Part shown: positions 9,376-19,997 of the stretch, piece after piece
Position numbering within the stretch: position 1 is the first letter of the stretch
How the letters are laid out: every line of letters starts with the position of its first letter
Source of the DNA: Thermoplasmata archaeon
GTDB taxonomy: Archaea; Thermoplasmatota; Thermoplasmata; GCA-020350865
Assembly: GCA_020348445.1 (NCBI GenBank)
Contig: CP070751.1
Span: forward strand, 2,444,892-2,508,891
Direction of reading: 5' to 3'
Length of the DNA: 64,000 nucleotides
The notes under the pieces: model-generated
The model's input: the letters and a program-made list of their open reading frames with translations, nothing else
Told to the model about the DNA's origin: nothing
The model's database searches: none
Program-made: the position numbers and the translations under genes

Positions 9376-12300
9376 ATGCTTGGAGGAACTAAAGTGTCTA
9401 AAAGAAGATTTTTTTCTTTCTCAGCAAGTACAATTCTTTTGATGAGTGCTATGCTGATTGGAATTTCATTTGAAATGCCAAACACCAGTGCGGGAACTGC
9501 AAACCACGATGTGGGAGAACTTCAAATTATTTTTCTCTCAGATTTTGGAAGGATCCTACGGCCGCTTCAATGGCCAAATCCCGGTACCTCCCATACCGTA
9601 AGTAACCAAGGAACTGGGTTTTTAGGATTGGTGGTGGATCAGGCCAATTATGATCATACTCCTGGGTCAGTGGATATTGCTGATTGTTACAAATTCGGTT
9701 CCAATAACTACTGGAACCAAGATGACTTCACACCAATCTCGTTAATAAACATGACAATTGATGATGGAACAACCCAAAAAAGTATTGCTTCATTTCAGAA
9801 TACAGGAACCACCCAGGATCCAAACGACATCCTGATCAATCAAACATGTTGGACAGTAAAGGACAAGGATTGGGCAATATTACAATGGGATGTGATCAAC
9901 ATTAAAAGCCCAGCTGCTGATATCACCGATTTTTGCCTAGGTCTGGAGATTGATATTTCGCAATCTGATTGGGGAGTGGATCCATCATATGGTCTAGGTG
10001 GGGATAGCGGTGACGACATCGACGGTTTTGATGTGACTGAAAATGTCTACTGGGCTTCGGATGATGGTGGAACAACCTTGGGATTTGGCTCGGTATTTGC
10101 TTGGGATCCCATCACACATTACTTTTCAAAGGACTATCACCCCGGAGATTATAATGAATACAAAACATATTGGGAAAATGAGACTTGGTTGTACAACAGA
10201 ATTCGTGCTCCAAATAGTGTTGAGGGAGCTTCACCAGGAAACAGAACATCCACTGTAGGATGGAATGGGAATACGATACCAGCTGGGACATCAAGAACCT
10301 TCACATTGGTGATTGCATTAAACAGCACCAAAAGTAGTATGATAACAGCAATAAAGGATGCTCGATACTACTACCACAACAACATAACAGGTTTTCTTAT
10401 CACAGAGTTCTCAGATTCTGCAGGATCGCATCAAATCGAGGTTTACAATAACGGTCGCGAAGCCACTCCTGCTTCAAATTTAGAATTCTCGGTAGATGGG
10501 GGTAGTACATTCTTAACTGGAGTCTGGGACAAGGACCCGATCCCAACCTATGAACACGCGGTCATCACTGTCACTGGCGGTGGAACGATCCATGCAGAGG
10601 GCGATACCATCAGCCTTTACGAAAATTCTGAGTTGGTTGATTTGGTGGCTTTTGGGCAGGAAGGTGTGGCACCTGATCCTTTGCCCGGTGAATCAACTGA
10701 AAGGCATTATAATTCATCTTCATCAAGCTATACAGATGACTGGCTACACCAGGCCCCAACTGGAGATACATTTGGCGCTTACAACAATGTTGGAATTGTG
10801 ATCAGGTCGCCTGAGGTTGTGCTCAACAGGGTGATGTTCAATCCATCTGTACCATCTGAGGGATATGTGGAGTTGATGTTCCTAGGTTTGGGGAGCCTTA
10901 ATATTTCAGACTATGAGATCATCTGCAATGACAGGTTCACAATTCCCACAGGAATCGTCCTCAGTAACACAAATAGGTTTTATGTATTCACGTACTCTGA
11001 CATGCCTACATTTTTCACAAATATGAATTCTGCAGGGGATAACGCCTATCTCTATGACAGAAATGACAATCTCCTTGATATGGTAGGATGGAACTCCTCG
11101 CATACACAAGGTTATTTCATGTCCCGAAGCCCTGATGGTACCGGAACCTATCAGGGTTTCAATGATAAAACCTCGGAGGCTGCGGGTTGGGTTTTTGACC
11201 AGCAACCTGTTGTTCTGCTGACTGAGTTCTATATGGATAGCAGTTCAGCTCAGATTGAAATTTACAATCCAAGGGGTGGCGAAAAATTGCTTGATGCCAG
11301 ATGGAGCCTGGAAAGCAGTGTAAACGGCCCCGGGGCACTTCCAGGAACCTGGGCGTTGGGTACAATACCTGCCAATGGAGGATACGATTACTTCACCATG
11401 AGTCCGGGTCCCACACCTGGAGATGAAGGTGACACCATCACTTTATATTACGATCCTGGCTCAGGTCAAATTATAATGGATCAAGTTGCCTTTGGAACAC
11501 ATGGGAAGGCACCAGACCCCCTTGCTGCAGAATCAACGTCCCGATACTGGAACAGCACCTCATTGAGTTGCCATGACGAGTGGACAAGGGAAGACACCCC
11601 GACTTTTGGTGCTCAAAACGATGTCCCGCCAATTGATTACAACTCGAAATTAATATTGAACGAAATACTGTTTAATCCTATTAATCCTGATGACTTTTTT
11701 GTTGAACTCTACCTCATATCTGGCACTCTCGACATATCGGTATATAGAATTGTGTGTGATTCTGAATTCGTTATCCCTAGTGGAACAATATTGAGTTCAT
11801 CCAATCCTTTTTTCTATCTGATTTATTCTATGGACTCTCCCTTCTTCGATAACATGGATTCGTCCGGAGATAATGTTTATCTTTACGATCCCAATGGTCG
11901 TCTTCTTGATATGGCAGGTTGGAGCTCACAGCACGAGCAAGGTAAATCAATGCGCAGGATTCCAGATGGAAATGGAACAAGGGATGGATTTGATGATCCA
12001 AGTTCAATTGCCGCAGGCTGGGTCTTTGATTGTATACCAACATCCCTTACGCTGCCGCCAGGACCGCCAAGGGATCTTCAGGCAAATCTTGTGACAGATG
12101 CAAAGGACGTATTTATTTCTTGGAACGCATCTTTAGATGACGGTCAGGGAGAAAACGATGTTGAAGGATATACAGTTTATAAGTCTAACACGGGAGTTAA
12201 CGGAACCTACGAATTTGCGGCCTGGATTTCTGCAACAGGGTCTGCATCCTATAATTGGACTGACAAGGATGCAGGAGATGGGGATTGGAACGATTATTTC

Positions 12301-12855
12301 TATATCGTCAGAGCCAACGACACATCTGATTCTGAGGAGCAAAACACAGATAAGGTCGGCAAATTTGTCAATTATTTAGTGAAGAACTGGAATCTGATAT
12401 CTGTGCCGTTGATTCAAGTGAACACATCGATGGAGTATGTGCTGCAAACAATAGAAGGGAATTACATCACAATCCAAGGGTACCATGCAGGCAAATCAAG
12501 ACCCTGGCTTCACTGGCACAAGAACAAACCAAAATATTTCAATGATGACATAGAAATAAATCATAAAGAGGGATACTACATCAGAATGACCAATCCAGAC
12601 TATCTAATCGTGGCAGGGAGGGTACCATCTGAAACTCAGATACCCTTAAAAACAGGATGGAATTTAATCGGTTATCCGTGTCTTATAAACCAAACTCGGG
12701 ATGATGCATTATCTTCGATTGATGGAAAATACAACATGGTGGAATACTATGATCCTATAAAGGGTAAGGAAGTGAGGCTCGATCCTGGGGATTATATGAA
12801 ACCCGGACTTGGATATTGGATTCATGCAACCGAGGACTGCGTTCTTATCATATAA
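9376..12855 (+). CDS. Secreted lamin-tail-domain (LTD) repeat protein with FN3 and the two-repeat C-terminal domain
   Basis: LITEF/LNEI...(I/V)E(V/L)YN...D.V.(F/W)G...S..R LTD-like motifs arranged as an internally duplicated pair; FN3-like ISWNAS..YTVYKS..YFYIVRAN; C-terminal domain from 12382. Confidence 0.75.
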   Translation: MLGGTKVSKRRFFSFSASTILLMSAMLIGISFEMPNTSAGTANHDVGELQIIFLSDFGRILRPLQWPNPGTSHTVSNQGTGFLGLVVDQANYDHTPGSVDIADCYKFGSNNYWNQDDFTPISLINMTIDDGTTQKSIASFQNTGTTQDPNDILINQTCWTVKDKDWAILQWDVINIKSPAADITDFCLGLEIDISQSDWGVDPSYGLGGDSGDDIDGFDVTENVYWASDDGGTTLGFGSVFAWDPITHYFSKDYHPGDYNEYKTYWENETWLYNRIRAPNSVEGASPGNRTSTVGWNGNTIPAGTSRTFTLVIALNSTKSSMITAIKDARYYYHNNITGFLITEFSDSAGSHQIEVYNNGREATPASNLEFSVDGGSTFLTGVWDKDPIPTYEHAVITVTGGGTIHAEGDTISLYENSELVDLVAFGQEGVAPDPLPGESTERHYNSSSSSYTDDWLHQAPTGDTFGAYNNVGIVIRSPEVVLNRVMFNPSVPSEGYVELMFLGLGSLNISDYEIICNDRFTIPTGIVLSNTNRFYVFTYSDMPTFFTNMNSAGDNAYLYDRNDNLLDMVGWNSSHTQGYFMSRSPDGTGTYQGFNDKTSEAAGWVFDQQPVVLLTEFYMDSSSAQIEIYNPRGGEKLLDARWSLESSVNGPGALPGTWALGTIPANGGYDYFTMSPGPTPGDEGDTITLYYDPGSGQIIMDQVAFGTHGKAPDPLAAESTSRYWNSTSLSCHDEWTREDTPTFGAQNDVPPIDYNSKLILNEILFNPINPDDFFVELYLISGTLDISVYRIVCDSEFVIPSGTILSSSNPFFYLIYSMDSPFFDNMDSSGDNVYLYDPNGRLLDMAGWSSQHEQGKSMRRIPDGNGTRDGFDDPSSIAAGWVFDCIPTSLTLPPGPPRDLQANLVTDAKDVFISWNASLDDGQGENDVEGYTVYKSNTGVNGTYEFAAWISATGSASYNWTDKDAGDGDWNDYFYIVRANDTSDSEEQNTDKVGKFVNYLVKNWNLISVPLIQVNTSMEYVLQTIEGNYITIQGYHAGKSRPWLHWHKNKPKYFNDDIEINHKEGYYIRMTNPDYLIVAGRVPSETQIPLKTGWNLIGYPCLINQTRDDALSSIDGKYNMVEYYDPIKGKEVRLDPGDYMKPGLGYWIHATEDCVLII

Positions 12856-12893
12856 CCATGCATCTAATGGCCATTTTTAGTTAGATAGCCCTC

Positions 12894-12909
12894 CAACAAA
12901 TTATTTATA
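12894..12909 (+). promoter_or_regulatory. BRE/TATA-like promoter element CAACAAATTATTTATA
   Basis: Identical 16-mer also at 15117-15132; both copies lie upstream of PQQ-propeller genes. Confidence 0.55.
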
Positions 12910-12965
12910 CCACCCAGTTCATACTAATTGTATCAAAACAAGGAAATATGGAGTGGGAGTTTGTT

Positions 12966-15083
12966 ATGAAAGTCCGATGTCTTCAGTTACTTGTCCATTT
13001 AGTTGTCTGGCTATTGATTTTGAATGGCTTGATCTTTTTAGATGCACCCCAAAGCAAGATTTATGATTATCCTGAGGATAACATGGAAAAAGAACCTTCT
13101 TCTATCCATAACTCCGGTTTGGGAAGATCTACAAGAGCAGGCAATGACTGGCCTATGTACCGAGGGGACCTTTTTCATTCTGGTTTTGGCACATCCTCTA
13201 TTCCATCAAATGACACCCCATTATGGTCAAATACCACAGGTAGCGGAGACGGATACGGTTCACCTGCAGTGGCCGACGGCAGGGTTTTTGCCGGTTCTGC
13301 AGATGGATATCTTTACTGTTTTGATTTGTATACTGGGGAGAGATTATGGAGAACGTTTTTATCTTCAGGTGATTTTGGTGTATGCGGCTCTCCTGCTGTC
13401 GCAAACGATCATGTAGTTGTTTTCTGTTCAGGTGATGATACTGTTTACAGATTAAGAGTATCGGACGGTAGCGAAGATTGGAGTTACTCTCCGGGTAGCG
13501 GTGCCTATGGAGGCTCTTCACCAGCAATCAGTAACGGTAGAATTTACGTTGGTTCAGGTAATAGATATCTCTATTGTTTGGATGAAATTAGTGGTAATAT
13601 GATTTGGTCATACAGAACCGATGTGGGACCTTGGAGAAATTACGGAATACAATCCTCTCCAGCAGTGGCAAATGGAAGGGTGTTTGTGGGTGCCTGTGAT
13701 ACGTATCTCTACTGCTTTAATGAATCCCAGCCCTCTGCCCCAAATGCAGAATATTTTTGGAGGACCGATCTTTATGATGCCGTATTTGCATCGCCAGCAG
13801 TAGCAAACGGGAGGGTCTTTTGTGGCTCTGGATACTATGCTTACGGTGAAGGCGATAACTCACATACGATGTTCTGTCTGGATGAACTCACAGGCGAAGT
13901 TATATGGAGTTATGTAACAGGAAGTGATATCCTGTCCTCACCTGCCATTGCCTATGGAAATTGTTATTTCACGTCCACGGATGGCGAGTTGTATTGTGTG
14001 GATGCAGAAGATTCAGGACCTACACCTTCATTTGTTTGGAGCGAGACTGTAGGAGACTCGTGGTCCTCTCCGGCAGTTGCCGATGGTAAAGTGGTGGTTG
14101 GTTCCCGTGGCACCAATTCCATATATTGTTTCGATGCTCTTTCTGGTGCTTTAATATGGAGCCGTAATCTTGGCAATGACATATACAGTTCTCCTGCAAT
14201 TTCCGATGGCAAGGTTGTAGTTGGTGTTAGAGGCTCCCCTGAATCAGTTTACTGCTTTGGAAACTTAACAAGTCCTCCTTCACCCCCTGCACCACCCACC
14301 AATTTACAGGCCCAGCTTGTGGGAAATGGAAACGATGTAATGGTCTTTTGGGATGCTTCAATAGATGACGGAAGCGGTGATGATAATGTTTTGGGTTATA
14401 CAGTATACAAATCAAGTGCAGGGGTAAACGGCCCATATGATTTCGAGGCATGGGTTTTGGCAACAGATTCTCCAACATATGATTGGACTGATGTTGGTGC
14501 AGGGGATGGTGATCTAAACGATTACTTCTACATAGTGAGGGCTAATAACACAGATAACAACGAGGAGAATAACGTAAGAAAAGTGGGTAAAGTGGTAAAC
14601 CAACAAGCAAAAGGATGGAATCTCATATCTGTTCCCTTAATTCAAGCCAGCACCTCAAGAAATTATTCACTTCAAACCATAGAAGGTAATTCTTCGGCTG
14701 TACAATCGTATCATGCAGGAAAATCAAAACCATGGCTTCACTGGAATGATAAAAAACCCGCTCATTTAAATGATGTCAACGATATTACTAATGAAAATGG
14801 ATATTATATCTACATGGTGAATACCGATTATCTTGTGACCGCAGGAAAAGTGCCAACCACAACCTCGATATCCCTTTATCATGGATGGAACATGGTGGGT
14901 TACCCTTCTTTGGAAATCAGGACAAGAAATGATGCACTTTCCTCAATTTCGGCCTCGTACAATAGGGTGATTTTCTTGGATACCCAAAGTGGAAGGGAAG
15001 TATTTCTTGGCCCAAGTGATTTAATGAGTCCTGGGTATGGATATTGGATCCATGTAACTGAGAACTGCGAACTTGTCTTGTAA
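12966..15083 (+). CDS. Secreted PQQ-like beta-propeller with FN3 and the two-repeat C-terminal domain
   Basis: DWPMYRGD start of the propeller; SSPA(V/I)A.GRV blades; FN3 plus C-terminal domain (from 14610) homologous to the upstream gene. ATG 12966 follows GGAGTGGGAG (the ORF track starts at 12948). Confidence 0.85.
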   Translation: MKVRCLQLLVHLVVWLLILNGLIFLDAPQSKIYDYPEDNMEKEPSSIHNSGLGRSTRAGNDWPMYRGDLFHSGFGTSSIPSNDTPLWSNTTGSGDGYGSPAVADGRVFAGSADGYLYCFDLYTGERLWRTFLSSGDFGVCGSPAVANDHVVVFCSGDDTVYRLRVSDGSEDWSYSPGSGAYGGSSPAISNGRIYVGSGNRYLYCLDEISGNMIWSYRTDVGPWRNYGIQSSPAVANGRVFVGACDTYLYCFNESQPSAPNAEYFWRTDLYDAVFASPAVANGRVFCGSGYYAYGEGDNSHTMFCLDELTGEVIWSYVTGSDILSSPAIAYGNCYFTSTDGELYCVDAEDSGPTPSFVWSETVGDSWSSPAVADGKVVVGSRGTNSIYCFDALSGALIWSRNLGNDIYSSPAISDGKVVVGVRGSPESVYCFGNLTSPPSPPAPPTNLQAQLVGNGNDVMVFWDASIDDGSGDDNVLGYTVYKSSAGVNGPYDFEAWVLATDSPTYDWTDVGAGDGDLNDYFYIVRANNTDNNEENNVRKVGKVVNQQAKGWNLISVPLIQASTSRNYSLQTIEGNSSAVQSYHAGKSKPWLHWNDKKPAHLNDVNDITNENGYYIYMVNTDYLVTAGKVPTTTSISLYHGWNMVGYPSLEIRTRNDALSSISASYNRVIFLDTQSGREVFLGPSDLMSPGYGYWIHVTENCELVL

Positions 15084-15116
15084 ATAACCTTTACACTAAA
15101 GCCTTTAAATAAAAAT

Positions 15117-15132
15117 CAACAAATTATTTATA
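15117..15132 (+). promoter_or_regulatory. BRE/TATA-like promoter element CAACAAATTATTTATA (second copy)
   Basis: Exact match to 12894-12909. Confidence 0.55.
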
Positions 15133-15180
15133 TCATTCAAATAATACCATCTTAAAGTAGACAAGGAAGTAATTTAGTGG

Positions 15181-18100
15181 GTGAGTGAGATGAAAGTTCA
15201 TGTTTCTAGGACATCTGCTGTAGTTGTCATTATGATGTTAATTATTACAAGTTCTTGGACAATGGTTCTTCAACCCTCAGAAAATATTATTAATGAATTA
15301 TCTGAAGAGGAATCCCATTTGGATCCTGATCCAAGTGTTAACAGACCAACAAGAGCAGGGACACCCTGGCCGATGCACCGTAATAACCCTATTCACACAG
15401 CCTACACACCAGACTCTGGACCTATAACAGATGAGGTGCTGTGGGTTAATTATCCGCTTGGTAAGACTTTGGGCTCCCCTGCGGTGGTAGACGATAAAGT
15501 ATTTATTGGAAGCGGAAACGGAATGAACGCATTTTATATAGAAAACGGCTCACTAGCATGGCGTACTCCAACCTATAATGTGGTTCCTGGGGGCTATGGG
15601 CTCACTTCTGCACCTGCGTATTCCAATGGTTTTATTTACTTTGGTGGAGATGGTTTTTACTGTCTTTATGAAAACAATGGTACAGTCAAATGGTTTGTTG
15701 ATACTCCCCATCAAAACTGGGGAGATGGCACTCCCACTGTTGCCAATGGCAAGGTCTTTATTCCAGGAAGTGATAGAAAATTGTACTGTCTCGATGAGGA
15801 TGACGGAACTATAATTTGGACCTTTCAAACTGGTTCCGGTGGAAGCGCTAATTATGGATTGTACGCTGCTCCTGCCGTGGTAAACGGTTTTGTTTACCTG
15901 GCGGCCTGCGATTGGATCCTATATCAGATCAACGAGACCCAACCCACGATTACCGCTTCTGCATACAACACCTTCACAATGAACTATGCCTCCTATTCCA
16001 CACCCGTTGTAGTAAATAATCGAGTATTTGTAGGATGTGGATATACTGGGACAAGTACTAATAATCGCTTCTACTGCCTTGATGCAAACGATCTTTCTTT
16101 TATCTGGGAGTTTTATCCGGGCTCCTCAACCAGTTTCTTTTCCTCAGCAGGTTATTATAACAACAGGGTGTACATCGGTTCTCTGGATGGCAATCTCTAT
16201 TGCCTCGATGCAACCAGCCCCTCAGCCAATGTTCTCTGGCAATACTACATAGGTCCCACTTGGTGCTCCCCTGCCATAACAAATGACAGGCTGTATATTG
16301 GTTCAAGATCTAATGTCTTCTACTGCTTCAATCTTTCTCAAACCTCTGGATCTGAGGAGTATTACTGGATATTCAATGCCTTGGATCAAGTAAATTCCTC
16401 ACCTGCTGTGATGGATGGCAGAGTCTATGTGGGTTTTGGCTGGGAAGATAGTTCCAATGGAGGAGTTTACTGCTTCGGACCTCCACCAGTACCTCCCTCT
16501 GTGGACAGCATTCAAATCGAGGATCAGCCCGGCGGAATAGGCAACCCAATTCTCGATCAAACCATTGACGTGGGGGTACAAATTACGGGGTACGCAGCAG
16601 CATACAATGGAACTGATTACCTGTATGACATTGAGGTGGAATGGATGGTCGCCAATGGAAGCGGAGCAAATGCATCAACCTCACCCACGAATTCGGTGGA
16701 TAGTTCTGATTTCTACTCTGGTTTTTTCGGGGGAACAGCAACATGGACTGCAGATGATGGACTTGGCCATATTTACCAGGTGGAGTTCACGATAAGAGAT
16801 CCCGCTGTTGAGTACATCAGTATTGTGGATACTGAGAACATTGGTTCATCCGAGATTATGGATCAAATAGTGGATGTTGGGTTCACAAAAAAAGGCTATG
16901 CCGCATCATTTAATATAACAACCGGATATATGGGAGATGTAATAGTTAATTGGAGTGTTCAAAATACCACTTCCTCGGCCTTCACAAGTCCATCCCAGGC
17001 CACGAACTCAACATTCAATGCAAGCCTTTTAGGCGGGATAGCCACATGGATTGCCGATGACGGGAAAGGGCATACAGACGAGGTCGAGTTCACGATAAGA
17101 GACCCTACTGTGGACGACATCTTGATTGTTGACACCGAAGGAATTGGCTCCTCTGAGATCACAGGAAAAACCGTGGATGTTGGATATACTATTGTAGGTT
17201 ATGCTGCAGGCTTTAACGATACAGCAGGATATATCGGAGATGTTCCAGTTAACTGGTATGTGGTAAACACGAGCGGAGCCGAAGGTTTTACCTCCCCGAC
17301 TTCGGGGCCAAATTCAATTCTTAACGTTAGCTTTAAAAATGGCACTGTAGAATGGATTGCAGATTATGGGGGCGGTCATACCGATTCTGTTGTATTTTCG
17401 GTGCGAAAGCCAACTGTTGATTATATCATAATCAGAACAGGCTCGAAAGGAACAGGAAGCTGGGTGGGGGATTCCACATATATCTTCGGGACCACTGATA
17501 CATTCTATGCAGGGGGTTACAATAATACAGCAGGCTGGATAGAAGATGTGGATGCCGAATGGGAAAGTGACAATCAGCCTGTGGGAAATGTTAGTATGGG
17601 TCCCTCCAACTCCACAACCTTCTCTGCAATAAACAACGGAACCTGCAATATCACTGCAACTTACGATAAATTTTCGAATACGACAGGTGTTATATCTGTC
17701 ATCAACTACACAATCGATTACATTATAATCAGGGATTCACCAGGTGGAGAAGGTTCAGTTGTGGAAGATATGAATTTCGCAGTTGGAGGAACTGCGACTT
17801 TCTATGCCGCTGCCTACAATGAATCATCTGGCTATCTTGGAGATGTAGGAGTGGAATGGGAATCCAGTAATGAAACCATCGCAATCGTAACGAGCCCTGG
17901 GATCTCAACACTTTTTACTGCTCAATTTATTGGCGGGGAATGCAATGTCACTGCAACATACGATTCATTAATTTCCAATGTAACTGGAACGCTAACCGTT
18001 TTAGATGCAGAGATAAATTATATTCTGATTACTAATGCACCAAATGGGGATGAAATTTCCACTGTTTATTTGAATGTGAACGAGACCATAACAGTTTATG

Positions 18101-19899
18101 CATCAAGTTACAATGAATCCACATCACTATATCTGGGTTTGGTGGAGGTTAACTGGGATCAATTTCCTGCTATCGGGTCATTCAACCTACCCACGGGGAG
18201 TTCCACAACATTCAGGGCAGGGATGTCGGGAGGGACTACCTCGATCAATGCAACATATACATCCCTGGGGCTTTGGGATAATTTCACGCTGGTTATTAAC
18301 GATCCCACAGTTGATTATATCCAAATAAGGGATGAAAGTGGTGGTTTAGGTGATGTTATTTCGCAGGCCAGCTTCACACTTGGAGATATTGTTTCTGATA
18401 CATACTATTGCGCAGGTTACAACTACACGGCAGATTACATAGACGACATGTCTGCAAATTGGGTGGTAATCGGTAATATAGGCACTGTTATCCCAAGCTC
18501 AGGTACATCAACACAATTTACCGCCACAACTGCGGGATCAGGGGAAATCACCGCAAGTTACAATGGAAAATCCACATCAGCAGATATTACAATATATCCA
18601 GAACCTGATCTAACTCCTCCTGCAGCGCCAACTGGACTTCGGGTTCGTCAGGTGGCCACTGGAGGTGCATTGAGTTTAACATGGAATCCCAATACAGATG
18701 CTGATTTGGCAGGGTACAACATCTATCGGTCAACTACAAATGGAACAGGATATGAAAAGGTAAATACCGAGCTGGTCACAGAAACTCAATTTCCCAATAC
18801 AGGTCTCATAAATGGAGTAACTTATTACTTTTATATCACAGCTGTAGACGATGCTCCCACACCAAACGAATCTCCACCTTCAGATACAGTTGACAATGTA
18901 TGCGATGTTGATACAGACGGAGATGGGGTATACGATAATAATGATGATGATGATGACAATGATGGCCTTTCAGATTCCGAAGAAGCTGACATTCAAACAG
19001 ATCCCAAAAATCCAGATACTGATGGGGATGGATACAACGATGCCGAGGATGAAGCTCCACTTGATCCGCACAAACATCAAAAAGAAGATCCCCCGCCCGA
19101 TGCACCTACGGGCTTGGTTGTGACTCCACTTTCTTCAGGGGATGCCCTCAACATTTCTTGGGATGCAAATACCGAGGAAGACCTAGCAGGATATAATCTC
19201 TTTCGCTCTCTGCTTCCTGATAGGGAGTTTGAGAGGTTAAATAATGATGTTATAACGTCTGAGTATTACGTTGATAGCTCATTAACTTCCGGAGTCAAGT
19301 ACTATTATTATGTGGTGGCAGTGGACACCACTAGTCAAATCTCTGATCCGTCCGAAAAAATAAGTGGTGTTCCCGATATCGATACCGATTCTGATGGAAA
19401 ACTTAACTATGAAGATGATGATGATGACAATGATGGTCTTACAGATTCTGAAGAAGAGGATATGGGAACAGATCCTTTGCGGGAGGACTCGGATGGAGAT
19501 GGGTATATCGATTCTGAGGATTTTTATCCGTTAAATGCAGGGAAGTGGGAGAAATCAAAAGAAGAAGATTTTAATGTTTTATTATTGTTGATTCCAATTA
19601 TTCTGATCGTCATATTACTGTTATTTTTTATTTTAACAAAAAAACGCAAACCTGAGGAAGTTCCTCCACCAATATCTGCCCCAGAGAGAGTATTGCCTCC
19701 CCCGCCAGCAGGATACGTACAAAAGAAAGAGACTCCAGTAATCGAGCAAAAGGAAATGCCATTACCCCAAGAAGAGGAAGAATCTCCACTTCCTGATGAC
19801 GAAGAATTTCCTACTCCTGAGGACAAGAAAGAACTTCTATCTCCTGAAGATGAAGAGGAGCCTTTTGACGAGGATGCACTGCCACCTCCTGACGATTGA
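15181..19899 (+). CDS. Large surface protein: PQQ-like propeller, Ig-like repeats, two FN3, TSP3-like Ca-binding repeats, TM helix, Pro/acidic tail
   Basis: WPMHRNN propeller; repeated P.V(D/E)YI.I......Y(A/C)A(A/G)YN...Y..D..V.W units; D.D.DG/DDDDDND motifs; TM helix then PPP/EED tail. Start may be ATG 15190. Confidence 0.85.
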   Translation: MSEMKVHVSRTSAVVVIMMLIITSSWTMVLQPSENIINELSEEESHLDPDPSVNRPTRAGTPWPMHRNNPIHTAYTPDSGPITDEVLWVNYPLGKTLGSPAVVDDKVFIGSGNGMNAFYIENGSLAWRTPTYNVVPGGYGLTSAPAYSNGFIYFGGDGFYCLYENNGTVKWFVDTPHQNWGDGTPTVANGKVFIPGSDRKLYCLDEDDGTIIWTFQTGSGGSANYGLYAAPAVVNGFVYLAACDWILYQINETQPTITASAYNTFTMNYASYSTPVVVNNRVFVGCGYTGTSTNNRFYCLDANDLSFIWEFYPGSSTSFFSSAGYYNNRVYIGSLDGNLYCLDATSPSANVLWQYYIGPTWCSPAITNDRLYIGSRSNVFYCFNLSQTSGSEEYYWIFNALDQVNSSPAVMDGRVYVGFGWEDSSNGGVYCFGPPPVPPSVDSIQIEDQPGGIGNPILDQTIDVGVQITGYAAAYNGTDYLYDIEVEWMVANGSGANASTSPTNSVDSSDFYSGFFGGTATWTADDGLGHIYQVEFTIRDPAVEYISIVDTENIGSSEIMDQIVDVGFTKKGYAASFNITTGYMGDVIVNWSVQNTTSSAFTSPSQATNSTFNASLLGGIATWIADDGKGHTDEVEFTIRDPTVDDILIVDTEGIGSSEITGKTVDVGYTIVGYAAGFNDTAGYIGDVPVNWYVVNTSGAEGFTSPTSGPNSILNVSFKNGTVEWIADYGGGHTDSVVFSVRKPTVDYIIIRTGSKGTGSWVGDSTYIFGTTDTFYAGGYNNTAGWIEDVDAEWESDNQPVGNVSMGPSNSTTFSAINNGTCNITATYDKFSNTTGVISVINYTIDYIIIRDSPGGEGSVVEDMNFAVGGTATFYAAAYNESSGYLGDVGVEWESSNETIAIVTSPGISTLFTAQFIGGECNVTATYDSLISNVTGTLTVLDAEINYILITNAPNGDEISTVYLNVNETITVYASSYNESTSLYLGLVEVNWDQFPAIGSFNLPTGSSTTFRAGMSGGTTSINATYTSLGLWDNFTLVINDPTVDYIQIRDESGGLGDVISQASFTLGDIVSDTYYCAGYNYTADYIDDMSANWVVIGNIGTVIPSSGTSTQFTATTAGSGEITASYNGKSTSADITIYPEPDLTPPAAPTGLRVRQVATGGALSLTWNPNTDADLAGYNIYRSTTNGTGYEKVNTELVTETQFPNTGLINGVTYYFYITAVDDAPTPNESPPSDTVDNVCDVDTDGDGVYDNNDDDDDNDGLSDSEEADIQTDPKNPDTDGDGYNDAEDEAPLDPHKHQKEDPPPDAPTGLVVTPLSSGDALNISWDANTEEDLAGYNLFRSLLPDREFERLNNDVITSEYYVDSSLTSGVKYYYYVVAVDTTSQISDPSEKISGVPDIDTDSDGKLNYEDDDDDNDGLTDSEEEDMGTDPLREDSDGDGYIDSEDFYPLNAGKWEKSKEEDFNVLLLLIPIILIVILLLFFILTKKRKPEEVPPPISAPERVLPPPPAGYVQKKETPVIEQKEMPLPQEEEESPLPDDEEFPTPEDKKELLSPEDEEEPFDEDALPPPDD

Positions 19900-19997
19900 G
19901 TATTTAGCTTTCCCGTTCCTGTAACAGGGTGTATAAATATGATACCAACATCGAATAATTTATATTATACCCTCTTATTTTTAAATTGTCAAGGTGA

